Shown: positions 1 to 8,875 of the stretch, one piece after another
Position numbering within the stretch: the stretch's first letter is position 1
Layout: each line of letters opens with the position of its first letter
DNA from: an uncultured Ignavibacteria bacterium
GTDB taxonomy: Bacteria; Zixibacteria; MSB-5A5; UBA10806
Assembly (NCBI GenBank): GCA_964503405.1
Contig: CAZDAH010000006.1
Location: 14,223 to 42,756 of the forward strand
DNA: 28,534 nucleotides
Direction: 5' to 3'
The notes under the pieces: generated by a model
Database searches by the model: none
What the model was told of the DNA's origin: nothing
Seen by the model: only the letters and a program-made list of their open reading frames with translations
Program-made: the position numbers and the translations under genes

Positions 1-348
1 GTTTACGTTGGTATACAATGAACAGGCCGCTTCCCGTTCCACCACGAGCCCGGAGATTCTCTCACCCGATTCGGCGATGAAAGTGACCTCGCCGAGATCG
101 GCGGAGAGAACATACCCGGTGCAGTTATGAAGTTGAAGGTGGCAATTATGAGTATAGACCACCACCAGCGCTCCACGCGCTTCCTGAGCCAGGGCAACTT
201 CGGGATAGATTTCCAAGGAAAGATGACGTTTCTCTTCGGGCCGGGCTATTTTCAGCCGAAAATGATCTTTCAGATCGCTGATTTCGGGGTCGCCCAGGCA
301 TGAGGCTATCTTTTCGATATCGATTTTCGAAAAGACTGGCTCATTCAT
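1..348 (-). CDS. Hypothetical protein, 3'-truncated by the window edge (absent from the ORF track)
   Basis: Manual translation from ATG at 348 gives 116 uninterrupted codons to position 1 ([24 protein letters not shown]...[53 protein letters not shown]). The start overlaps the tatA stop (ATGAATGA). Confidence 0.8.
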   Translation of the reverse strand, partial: MNEPVFSKIDIEKIASCLGDPEISDLKDHFRLKIARPEEKRHLSLEIYPEVALAQEARGALVVVYTHNCHLQLHNCTGYVLSADLGEVTFIAESGERISGLVVEREAACSLYTNVN

Positions 349-589
349 CTTTTTTCTCCGGCCTTTCCTCTTCCTTTTCCTTTTTCTGCTCGATCCTGCG
401 GTCGGGGGCATCGTCCTTATCGATTTCGGACTGAACCTCCTTGACCGATCTTTTGAATTCCCTAATGCCCCTTCCCAGGCCCTGGGCCACCTCGGGAATC
501 CGTTTCGCGCCGAAAAGGATCAGGACGATCACCAGAATGATGATCAACTCGCCGCCCCCGGGCATCGAGATTAAGATAATTTCGCTCAA
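341..589 (-). CDS. tatA: Twin-arginine translocase TatA/TatE subunit
   Basis: [38 protein letters not shown] helix, FG hinge, amphipathic helix, charged tail. TTG start with GAGGAG RBS at 595-600. Confidence 0.93.
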   Translation of the reverse strand: MSEIILISMPGGGELIIILVIVLILFGAKRIPEVAQGLGRGIREFKRSVKEVQSEIDKDDAPDRRIEQKKEKEEERPEKKDE

Positions 590-605
590 ATCGACTCCTC
601 TCGGT

Positions 606-905
606 CTATATGTACCACCACTTAAAATATATTATAACCAAAATCACCATCAATACAGAAACAAAATTTATCCTGATAAGCAAGCCAAATGCGAAGGTTA
701 TGCTGTAGAGGTTTACGGTAATAGGCTCCATGATCTCGTTTACGGAAACCCCTTTTTTGCCGATTCCGATCTCCAGATTCTGTTGAAACAGGGTTTTGAC
801 GGCCCCATCGGGAAGGTATTCACCGACGAGCTGCCCCAGGAAGCCGCCGAAGACCGTGGCCAATAACAAGGAGATGATAATAAACGTCAATTCTCTCGAA
901 TTCAT
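606..905 (-). CDS. Small two-TM membrane protein, DUF4321-like
   Basis: 99 aa: N-terminal TM with GGFLGQLVG, then a loop with [19 protein letters not shown] and a C-terminal TM. The pattern resembles DUF4321 (recognised by eye). Confidence 0.65.
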   Translation of the reverse strand: MNSRELTFIIISLLLATVFGGFLGQLVGEYLPDGAVKTLFQQNLEIGIGKKGVSVNEIMEPITVNLYSITFAFGLLIRINFVSVLMVILVIIYFKWWYI

Positions 906-915
906 GATAACCTCT

Positions 916-1605
916 CTATCTCGATACCGCGCTTAATGATCGGATCAGCTTCAGGCCGTTTTCGGAGCCCAGGAGGCCCTCGCAGGCCCTCTCCGGGTGG
1001 GGCATCATGCCCAATACGTTGCCGCGCTCATTAGTTATCCCGGCGATCCCGTTGAGGGAGCCGTTGGGGTTGGCCTCGGCTGTCACGACCCCGTTTTTAT
1101 CTACGTACCGGAAGGCGATCCGACCCGACGATTCCAGTTCCGAGACGGTATCCGGGTCGGCGTAGTAATTACCTTCCCCGTGGGCCATCGGCATTCTGAG
1201 CAGATCTCCCCTTGTCAAGCCCGCGAGCACGGGAATGTCATTTCTCTCCACCCTCAAGATCACCTCGCGGCATACAAACCGCAATGCCGAATTCTTCATC
1301 ATGGCGCCGGGAAGCAGTCCGGACTCCAGCAATATCTGAAACCCGTTGCAGATCCCCAGGACAAGGCCGCCGCCGTTGGCGAAATCAACGACCTTTTTCA
1401 TGATCGGGGAGAATCTGGCTATGGAGCCCGATCGGAGATAATCGCCGTATGAGAATCCTCCGGGTAATATTATCGCGTCGCAACCGAGGAGTTCGTCTGA
1501 TTTGTGCCATAAATAAACGACCTCGTTACCCTCGATCAGTTTGAACGCCTGGTAGGCGTCGTAATCGCAGTTAGAGCCCGGGAAGATAACCACGCCGATT
1601 TTCAT
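916..1605 (-). CDS. purQ: Phosphoribosylformylglycinamidine synthase glutaminase subunit
   Basis: [28 protein letters not shown] nucleophile, GMMPHPER. Confidence 0.97.
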   Translation of the reverse strand: MKIGVVIFPGSNCDYDAYQAFKLIEGNEVVYLWHKSDELLGCDAIILPGGFSYGDYLRSGSIARFSPIMKKVVDFANGGGLVLGICNGFQILLESGLLPGAMMKNSALRFVCREVILRVERNDIPVLAGLTRGDLLRMPMAHGEGNYYADPDTVSELESSGRIAFRYVDKNGVVTAEANPNGSLNGIAGITNERGNVLGMMPHPERACEGLLGSENGLKLIRSLSAVSR

Positions 1606-1850
1606 AGAACCACCTCGATCTTGAAACCCTCGATTACCGGGTTGGCCAGAAGTTTCGAAGCCGCCGCGGCCGCGATCTCTCTCGCTTTGGCTTCCGAATC
1701 GGCGTCGATCTCGAGCTCGAATAGCTTGCCTGTGCCGACACTAACGATGGAATCGAAACCGAGATCGGCCAGGGCTCTGCCGATGGTCATCCCTTGTGGA
1801 TCGAGGACGCCGTCTTTCAAAGTCACCCTGACATCCGTTTTAAATTTCAT
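1602..1850 (-). CDS. purS: Phosphoribosylformylglycinamidine synthase PurS subunit
   Basis: 82 aa, [16 protein letters not shown] and LLANPVIE motifs. Overlaps the purQ start. Confidence 0.96.
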   Translation of the reverse strand: MKFKTDVRVTLKDGVLDPQGMTIGRALADLGFDSIVSVGTGKLFELEIDADSEAKAREIAAAAASKLLANPVIEGFKIEVVL

Positions 1851-2644
1851 TCTTCGTCATCTTTCTCTTTATCGCTCTTTCTGAAGATCGTGTTGGGATA
1901 GTGAAAGTCCGCCTTTTCGGCTCCAGTGGCCACCATATATATCATTTTCAGCAACCCGTAAAGGATATAAATCAGGGCCAGAGGAAACATGACCATGGAG
2001 GCGTTGACAATCAGTCCGATTGCAATGCATATCAGAAACATCACCTTGATTCGATCTTTCTTGCGGGAGAAATCGAATTTGGGCATGCTCTCGTATTCCA
2101 CGGTGGAGACCATCAGGGCCGACGTTGCCAGAAGCAATACGATGAAGAACTTCTCGAACCTAACCTGGCCCCACATCTCGTTGGAGAAAAGAATGAAGGA
2201 CACGATTACTGCGGCTGCAGACGGAATTGGAAGACCGACAAAATTCAGTTTTTCTTCCGTGGTGGCCGAAAGGCTGAATCGAGCCAGCCTGAAACTTCCG
2301 GCCATAAGGTAGACAAACGCCAGTATCCAGGCCCAATTTCCTCTGGAAATCAGGGAGAAGCTCACAATGAGCAAGGCCGGCGCGACCCCGAAGGAGACGA
2401 TATCGGCCAGGGAATCGAGTTCAACTCCTATTCTGGATGATGATCTCGAGAAACGGGCGACCATCCCGTCGAGGAAATCGAAAAAGGCGGCCAGCAGTAT
2501 GAGCCAAACCGCTTCGCTCATATAGCGCCCCTGCAAGGCTTCCGGAAAACCGTGCGCCCGTCCCGATATGACGATCGAACCGAACCCGCAAGCGAGATTG
2601 CCCATGGTGAACATTCCAGGCAGTATGCCTCTTATATTATTCAC
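1847..2644 (-). CDS. pssA: CDP-diacylglycerol--serine O-phosphatidyltransferase
   Basis: CDP-alcohol phosphotransferase motif DFLDGMVAR...G..LDSLADIVSFGVAP, RLARF, FVGLPIP. Adjacent to psd. GTG start. Confidence 0.93.
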   Translation of the reverse strand: MNNIRGILPGMFTMGNLACGFGSIVISGRAHGFPEALQGRYMSEAVWLILLAAFFDFLDGMVARFSRSSSRIGVELDSLADIVSFGVAPALLIVSFSLISRGNWAWILAFVYLMAGSFRLARFSLSATTEEKLNFVGLPIPSAAAVIVSFILFSNEMWGQVRFEKFFIVLLLATSALMVSTVEYESMPKFDFSRKKDRIKVMFLICIAIGLIVNASMVMFPLALIYILYGLLKMIYMVATGAEKADFHYPNTIFRKSDKEKDDEE

Positions 2645-3261
2645 GGCAGTCTTCCAAGGATAGTCGCTCCGCCTTTTACCCTCTGACCCTTACGAATATT
2701 CAGGATGGTTCCCGACGGCAGGGTCAGGTCGACACGGCTTCCAAAACGAATCAGGCCGACCCGCTCTCCGGCCGCCACCAGCTGGCCGGGTTCGGGGTAG
2801 AATATTGTCCTGCGCGCTATGGATCCCGTAACCTGGTTGAAGAGGACGACACCCGATTCGGTTTCGATTTCGATCTCGTTTCTCTGGTTTTCGACCTGTG
2901 CCCCTTTTTTGAACGCGGTTAGAAATCTCCCTTTGACGAAGTTGATCGACTTTATCCGGCCGGTTACCGGCGAGCGATTCACATGAACATTCAGGATCGA
3001 GAGAAATATCGAGACAGTCGGGCGTTCTGATTCGCCTTCGCATCTTATGATCCTGCCGTCGGCGGGCGATACGACAAGCTTCTCGCCGTCGGGAATCTGC
3101 CGCTCGGGATCGCGGAAGAAGAGCATGACCAAAAGGCCCAGCATAAAAAAGGCGACGGCGGCATAAGCCAGCGAGAATATCAATAATCGATTGAACAGAT
3201 AAAAAGCTGTCGCCGCGAGTATGAAAAACGGTAGCGGGAAGATGAATCCTTCTTTGGTCAT
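2641..3261 (-). CDS. psd: Phosphatidylserine decarboxylase proenzyme (short type)
   Basis: FFRDPER, SPADG, IFLSILNVHVNRSP, and the GLIRFGSRVD pyruvoyl cleavage motif. Confidence 0.94.
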   Translation of the reverse strand: MTKEGFIFPLPFFILAATAFYLFNRLLIFSLAYAAVAFFMLGLLVMLFFRDPERQIPDGEKLVVSPADGRIIRCEGESERPTVSIFLSILNVHVNRSPVTGRIKSINFVKGRFLTAFKKGAQVENQRNEIEIETESGVVLFNQVTGSIARRTIFYPEPGQLVAAGERVGLIRFGSRVDLTLPSGTILNIRKGQRVKGGATILGRLP

Positions 3262-4550
3262 TTCAACGCCCTGCCGATTATCAGATCGGCTCTTCGAGTA
3301 TAGTAGGAAATATCGAAGAGGGTGTCAATCTCTTTCGAACTGAGATATTTTTTCACGGCCGGCGACGATTTCAGCAGCGACTTGAAGCTTGTCCCGGTAT
3401 TCCAACTCTTCATGGCTAACGTCTGCACGACTTTATAAGCCCGCTCCCGGCTGGGCATTTTCGCGGTCAGGGCCAGCAATACCCTCTGAGAAAAAATCAG
3501 CCCGTGAGTGGATTCGAGGTTCTGTTTCATCCTGCCGGTATTGACTCGCAGGTTGGAGAGGACACTGGAAAGCTTATCGAGCATATAATGAAGCAAGACG
3601 GTGGAATCCGGGATGATAATTCTTTCCACCGAGGAATGCGTGATATCGCGTTCGTGCCAAAGGGCGATATTTTCCATTGCCGCCGTAGCGTTCCCCCTTA
3701 AGACCCTGGCCAGGCCGGCCAGACGTTCGCAAATGATGGGATTCTTCTTATGGGGCATAGCCGACGATCCCTTTTGTCCTTTTGCGAAGCCCTCTTCCAG
3801 TTCGAGTATTTCGGTTCGCTGCAGCCCGCGGATCTCTGTGGCTATTTTTTCGATTGTCCCGCCGATCACGGCCAGCACCGAGAGAAAATAGGCGTGCCTG
3901 TCGCGTTGAACCACCTGGGTGGAGACTTCCGCCGCCTTAAGCCCGAGTTTGCCGCAGACCAACTCTTCCACCCTCGGATCGATATTGGCGAAGTTGCCCA
4001 CTGCTCCCGATAATTTTCCCACAGCGATCTCGTCGATGGCCGATTTCAGCCTCTTCCGATTGCGCCCCATTTCGGCATACCAAAGAGCCAGCTTCAATCC
4101 GAATACCGTTGGTTCCGCGTGAACGCCGTGAGTGCGTCCAACACACACCGCTTTGCTGTAACGCGGCGCCATCTCGCCGAGCAGCCTGGCGAGGGAATCG
4201 AGTTTTTTTCTGATCAGATCGCCGGCCTGTTTCATTTGAAAAGCCAGGGCCGTATCGAGGATATCCGACGAGGTCAGGCCGACATGGATATATTTGGATT
4301 CCGTGCCGACGTTTTCGGCCACGTTGGTGAGAAAAGCGATAACGTCGTGGTTGGTTTCGGTCTCGATTTGGTTGATCCGAAATATGTCGAAGGCCGCTTT
4401 CTTCCTGATAACGTCAACCGCTTCTGCGGGGATTTCATTGAGTTCGGCTCTTGCTTCGCAGGCCGCGATTTCCACTTTGAGCCAGACGGCGAATTTATTT
4501 TGATCGGACCATATCTTCGCCATTTCCGGCAGCGTGTATCGATCGATCAT
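3258..4550 (-). CDS. purB: Adenylosuccinate lyase
   Basis: MIDRYT start, GRTHGVHAEP, fumarate-lyase signature GSSAMPHKKNP, LWHERDITHSSVER. Confidence 0.97.
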   Translation of the reverse strand: MIDRYTLPEMAKIWSDQNKFAVWLKVEIAACEARAELNEIPAEAVDVIRKKAAFDIFRINQIETETNHDVIAFLTNVAENVGTESKYIHVGLTSSDILDTALAFQMKQAGDLIRKKLDSLARLLGEMAPRYSKAVCVGRTHGVHAEPTVFGLKLALWYAEMGRNRKRLKSAIDEIAVGKLSGAVGNFANIDPRVEELVCGKLGLKAAEVSTQVVQRDRHAYFLSVLAVIGGTIEKIATEIRGLQRTEILELEEGFAKGQKGSSAMPHKKNPIICERLAGLARVLRGNATAAMENIALWHERDITHSSVERIIIPDSTVLLHYMLDKLSSVLSNLRVNTGRMKQNLESTHGLIFSQRVLLALTAKMPSRERAYKVVQTLAMKSWNTGTSFKSLLKSSPAVKKYLSSKEIDTLFDISYYTRRADLIIGRALK

Positions 4551-5194
4551 TATTTCTTTGCTTTCTGCCAGTCGGCCAGGAAATTCTTCAGCCCGATATC
4601 GGTCAGGGGATGGTTCAAGAGTTTATTTATGACCGCAAAAGGCATGGTGACTACGTCGGCGCCCATCAGGGCCGATTCCACCACGTGCGTGGGGGTTCTC
4701 ACGGACGCAACCAGGACCTCGGTTTCGAACTCGTAGTTATCGTAAATGGTTATGATCTGTTCTATCAAATCCATGCCGATAATGGAGATATCGTCAAGGC
4801 GCCCGACAAACGGCGAAATGTAGGCCGCTCCAGCCTTAGCGGCGATGAGCGCCTGTGTGGGAGAGAAGCAGAGTGTGACATTTACGTTAATACCCTCCGA
4901 CGATAATTTTTTGATCGCCGCCACGCCCTCGCGGATAATGGGTATTTTGACAACAATATTATCGGCGATTTTGGCCAGTTCGTGGGCTTCTTTGAGCATT
5001 CCCTCGGTATCGGTGGCGGTGACCTCAGCCGAAACCGGGCCGTCGACAATGCCGCAGATCTCCTTCAGTATTTCCCGGTAAGGTTTGCTCTCCCTGGAGA
5101 GCAGGCTGGGATTGGTGGTGACTCCGTCGAGCATCCCCATTTTCTGGGCTGCCCGAATCTCGTCAGTATTGCCCGTGTCGATGAAAAACTTCAT
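4550..5194 (-). CDS. tal: Transaldolase / fructose-6-phosphate aldolase family (Tal/Fsa type)
   Basis: [21 protein letters not shown] Schiff-base Lys, [24 protein letters not shown]. Confidence 0.9.
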   Translation of the reverse strand: MKFFIDTGNTDEIRAAQKMGMLDGVTTNPSLLSRESKPYREILKEICGIVDGPVSAEVTATDTEGMLKEAHELAKIADNIVVKIPIIREGVAAIKKLSSEGINVNVTLCFSPTQALIAAKAGAAYISPFVGRLDDISIIGMDLIEQIITIYDNYEFETEVLVASVRTPTHVVESALMGADVVTMPFAVINKLLNHPLTDIGLKNFLADWQKAKK

Positions 5195-5937
5195 AATTTG
5201 ATCCCTTCGTATTCGACGTTCGCCAGGTAAAGACCATGCGGCGGCGCCAGATATTTGGATTTATTGTCCGAATTGCCGAATCTATTTTTGAAATCTTCGA
5301 GATTTTCGCGGCCGTCGGAGACGGCTGTCATGGCGCCGACCAGATACCTCACCATATTATGCAGAAACCTGTTGGCGGTAATTTCATATCGCAGAAATCC
5401 TGCGTATCGAGACCAACATGAACGATAAATCCGGCAGGCATTATCCCGCTTTCTCGACTTAACCTTGCAGAAATTATGAAACGAACGAGCCGACTCCGCC
5501 ACGCGGGCGGCTTGATTCAATATCTCGATATCGAATCTTCTGCCGACGACCCACGATAACCCCCTGTTTATCGCCGATAACCGTTCGCATATAAGATATC
5601 GGTATGTCCGCCGTCCCGCGTCTCGGCGGGCGTTGAAACCTGAGGGAACCTCTGCGCATCCGGTCACGGCGATATCTGGGGGCAACATCCTGTTGAGCTT
5701 GTAGGCGATGGTTTCCGCGTCCATTAGGGATAAGGTGAAAAAATTGGCGTACTGAGCGAGCGCGTGAACCCCCGTATCCGTGCGGCCCGAACCGGTCGGC
5801 TTGATGTCTTCCTTTAAAAATATTCTCAGTTTCTCGCTCAAGACTCCCTGCACGGTCCGTCCCCTTGCTTGCATCTGCCAGCCCTCGAATGCGGTTCCTT
5901 TGTATTCCAGTTTAAGGAGTATATTCCGTTTATTCAA
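5191..5937 (-). CDS. truA: tRNA pseudouridine(38-40) synthase
   Basis: [20 protein letters not shown] with catalytic Asp, [18 protein letters not shown] start overlaps the upstream stop. Confidence 0.95.
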   Translation of the reverse strand: MNKRNILLKLEYKGTAFEGWQMQARGRTVQGVLSEKLRIFLKEDIKPTGSGRTDTGVHALAQYANFFTLSLMDAETIAYKLNRMLPPDIAVTGCAEVPSGFNARRDAGRRTYRYLICERLSAINRGLSWVVGRRFDIEILNQAARVAESARSFHNFCKVKSRKRDNACRIYRSCWSRYAGFLRYEITANRFLHNMVRYLVGAMTAVSDGRENLEDFKNRFGNSDNKSKYLAPPHGLYLANVEYEGIKL

Positions 5938-6719
5938 GATCTCAACCCAAAAACAAGTATTACGGCCGAAAGCGCCAGGGTCGCTATACTCCCAGGCAGT
6001 ATCCTGATCGCCGGAAATACCGCCCGTTCGTGCCTGGTTGAGTAGCCCTTAACCGCGAGGGCCATGGAGGCCGATTCGGCGCTCTTGAAAGCGTTGACAA
6101 AGACCGCGGCCAGAAGCTGCGGCGCCGATCTCAGCTTGCCGATCAAAGAACCATCAAACGAAACACCCCTCGTTTTCAAAGCAAGCATCGTGATTCTCCC
6201 CTGACGGACGAGATCGGGAAGAAATCGAAGGGCGAGGGAAAACGATAGGGCCAAAAATGACAGGCGCCTTCCCCGGCGCCCGAAAATTCGGCTCAACCGC
6301 TCTACGGGCAGCGTAAGTTCGAAAGGCTTTACGGTCTTTAGAATCAGGTAAGCGCTATAGAAGAAGACGATGAGCTTCTCGCCGTAAAACAGCCCGGTCC
6401 TGGCGCCTTCAAGCGTTGCCTCGAGTCCGAATATCGTAAATAGCGCCTGTCCTCTGTGAGAAAACAGATGAAGCACAAAAATGAAGGCAAAGAAGAGTGC
6501 CGCCGGACGGGCCGGCTCAACTACGCTCTTGAAATCTCCTGTCCAGACTATCATCGCTGATGAGGCGAATAGGATCGCGACCATGATGAACTCCGCTTTA
6601 TTTGTCATAAGCGCCGCGGCCGCAAGACTTACGGCGAAAACGAATCTGGAGAATGAACCGGCTTGCAAAATCGACCCCCGTCTTGCTGTTATTCGCTGCC
6701 GAAAGCCGAATAATAGCAT
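5934..6719 (-). CDS. ecfT: Energy-coupling factor transporter transmembrane component T (EcfT/CbiQ family)
   Basis: Multiple TM helices, then LALRFLP, LKTRG and ALAVKGY coupling-helix motifs. Sits directly upstream of truA. Confidence 0.78.
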   Translation of the reverse strand: MLLFGFRQRITARRGSILQAGSFSRFVFAVSLAAAALMTNKAEFIMVAILFASSAMIVWTGDFKSVVEPARPAALFFAFIFVLHLFSHRGQALFTIFGLEATLEGARTGLFYGEKLIVFFYSAYLILKTVKPFELTLPVERLSRIFGRRGRRLSFLALSFSLALRFLPDLVRQGRITMLALKTRGVSFDGSLIGKLRSAPQLLAAVFVNAFKSAESASMALAVKGYSTRHERAVFPAIRILPGSIATLALSAVILVFGLRS

Positions 6720-6803
6720 ATTCGGGTCGAATATTCAAGCTCGACCGTTTCGGACGACGATGATTCTTGCGGCAAGCGCCCGGCAATACATATCTTGGCA
6801 CCC

Positions 6804-8048
6804 ATGACTCAGGAATATTCGCATCTAAGACGGAATTTCGCTTTTGGAGTCTTGAACGGCACATTCTTCATGGCCGCCCTGGCTTTTATTGCCGGTTCGA
6901 CGGTGCTGCCGCTGTTTGTCTCCAAAATGACAGGTTCGAGGGCGCTGATCGGGATTTTCTCTCATATCGAGTGGTTCGGATGGCTTTTCCCGCAGCTTTT
7001 CGCCGCAGTTTTTTTGGCCCACAAACGAAGAGTTCTCTATTTCTACAACGGCCTTTCGGCCCTGCGTCTATTTCTGTTGGGGCTTTCGGTAACAGCCATA
7101 TTCTTGTTTAGAGCGGATTATGGCCTGATCCTGGTCGCGTTCGGAATAACGTTTACCCTATTCTCGCTGGCCTCCGGCCTGGCCGGGGTGGCCTTCACGG
7201 AGATCGTGGGCAAGACTATCCCGTTGAACAAAAGAGGCAGTTTTTTCGGTCTGAGAATGTTTACCGGGGGTCTCCTGGCGGCGCTGGGAGGACTGGCGGT
7301 CAAGAGGATTATCAGCACCTACAGCTTTCCTTACGATTTTGGCTATGTTTGCGTGATCGCCTGGATATTGATGTTTCTCGGGTTGGCGGCGTTTGCCATG
7401 GTCCGGGAACCTGAGAGCGGCCAGAGCCTTGATAAGGCTTCGCCGGCGTCGCAGTTCAAGGCGGCCATGAATCTGCTGAAGATCGATGGAAATTTCAGGC
7501 GTCTGGTTTTCTCCAAGGCCTGGGTAAACACTGCGCTGATGGCGACTCCGTTTTTCATAATTTTTGCAATCGAGGATCTCGAAGCACCGGAATGGATGGC
7601 CGGCATTTATCTGACTGCACAAATGATCGGATACCTGTCGTCGAACCTGCTTTGGGGATGGCTATCGAATCATATTTCGAACAAAATCGTTATTGTCATG
7701 GCGGGAGCATGCAGGCTGATTCCGTCATTAATCGCTTTTGCCTGCTGTTTTCTTAACGTCGATCCCTACCTTTTCGCGTCCGTTTTTTTCTTCATGGGCA
7801 TGGCCGAATCGCGGATCGAAATGGGATATATGACATATTTGCTGGAAATTTCGCCGGAACGGGGCCGAATCCTGACGATAGGGCTTTTGCATACGCTGAC
7901 GGCTCCAACCGTTTTCTTTTCCGGCGTGGGGGGCTGGTTGAGCCAGCTGTTGTCATTGAAATGGCTGTTTCTAATGGTCATCCTGACCACGTCGATTTCA
8001 CTTATGATATCAGGCAGACTGAATGAGCCGAGAGTCAGATCTTCCTGA
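6804..8048 (+). CDS. MFS transporter, substrate unknown
   Basis: About 415 aa with roughly 12 hydrophobic segments; IPLNKRGSFFG and WGWLSNHISNK loop motifs. ATG 6804 preferred over TTG 6795. Confidence 0.85.
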   Translation: MTQEYSHLRRNFAFGVLNGTFFMAALAFIAGSTVLPLFVSKMTGSRALIGIFSHIEWFGWLFPQLFAAVFLAHKRRVLYFYNGLSALRLFLLGLSVTAIFLFRADYGLILVAFGITFTLFSLASGLAGVAFTEIVGKTIPLNKRGSFFGLRMFTGGLLAALGGLAVKRIISTYSFPYDFGYVCVIAWILMFLGLAAFAMVREPESGQSLDKASPASQFKAAMNLLKIDGNFRRLVFSKAWVNTALMATPFFIIFAIEDLEAPEWMAGIYLTAQMIGYLSSNLLWGWLSNHISNKIVIVMAGACRLIPSLIAFACCFLNVDPYLFASVFFFMGMAESRIEMGYMTYLLEISPERGRILTIGLLHTLTAPTVFFSGVGGWLSQLLSLKWLFLMVILTTSISLMISGRLNEPRVRSS

Positions 8049-8691
8049 CGAAGATCTCCGAGGCAATGTTATCGTCGATAGCGATCTCGGTCGAGCCGAG
8101 CCGAAGGAGGTATGAGGGTTTTTTTTGATGCAGGATGAATTTTCCCCCGGGGATGACTCCCAGGTTTATCAGCCTGTTCAACCTCTGGTGATGGGGAGTC
8201 GTGATAAACACTATCTTCCCCTGGCTGCCCACGGGCAGTTCACGCAGCGACATCACTATCGGGGTCAACTCGCGCCGTGACGATTTGCAGCAATGTCCGG
8301 GAGGAATTCTTTTGCCGTGAGGACAGGTGGGAGGATGACCCAGGATGATACAGACCGATTCGGTCACGGCGGGATCGAGGACATGTTCGAAGGAGCAGCT
8401 GGTGGAGTGCAGGGCATCTCCTTTTAATTCGAGAATCTCGGAGAAGAGCCTTTCGGCCAGGCGATGCCGACGCACCAGGAGCTCGGCGTATTCGATCCCG
8501 GATGGTGTGAGATTGACTTTTTCCTCCTCGATTGCGACCAGCCCGCGCCCGGTTAACAGGCACATGTCGTCCTCCGAGGGAGGCGAAGCCAGGTTCAACT
8601 CGGAGACGCGGATAGGAAGCCTATCCTCTTCCATGGCCTTGTACATCGCTTCCATATATTCATGAATATGATGTTCCCTATGGTCTTCCAA
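8035..8691 (-). CDS. DtxR/IdeR-family metal-binding protein with C-terminal FeoA (SH3-like) domain
   Basis: RRHRLAERLF, HSTSCSFEH, LGHPPTCPHG..IP; C-terminal RLINLGVIPG...EIAID FeoA pattern. TTG start. Confidence 0.88.
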   Translation of the reverse strand: MEDHREHHIHEYMEAMYKAMEEDRLPIRVSELNLASPPSEDDMCLLTGRGLVAIEEEKVNLTPSGIEYAELLVRRHRLAERLFSEILELKGDALHSTSCSFEHVLDPAVTESVCIILGHPPTCPHGKRIPPGHCCKSSRRELTPIVMSLRELPVGSQGKIVFITTPHHQRLNRLINLGVIPGGKFILHQKKPSYLLRLGSTEIAIDDNIASEIFVRKI

Positions 8692-8875
8692 TATTCTTCT
8701 TCCTCTTCCTGAACAGCGACGAGAAAAAGCCGACTATCGCCGACGAGTCAATCCAGCCGTAACGGCAGTTGGGACAGCAGATTTTTTCGCAACCGCGGTT
8801 TATGGGACATCCCGCGCAGATGTTATCTCCGGAGCGATCGAACTGAAAACCGCAAAGAGGGCAGGTTACCACCAT
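8678..8875 (-). CDS. 65 aa cysteine-rich protein (8 Cys) between feoB and the DtxR-FeoA gene
   Basis: MVVTCPLCGFQFDRSGDNICAGCPINRGCEKICCPNCRYGWIDSSAIVGFFSSLFRKRKKNIGRP. ATG 8875 overlaps the feoB end; the stop overlaps the next start. The track ORF 8678..9007 is over-extended. Confidence 0.8.
   Translation of the reverse strand: MVVTCPLCGFQFDRSGDNICAGCPINRGCEKICCPNCRYGWIDSSAIVGFFSSLFRKRKKNIGRP

Noticed and set aside
3-197. Track ORF of 64 aa on the minus strand
   Set aside because: Alternative frame inside the longer open frame 1..348, which has a coupled start and a more protein-like composition.
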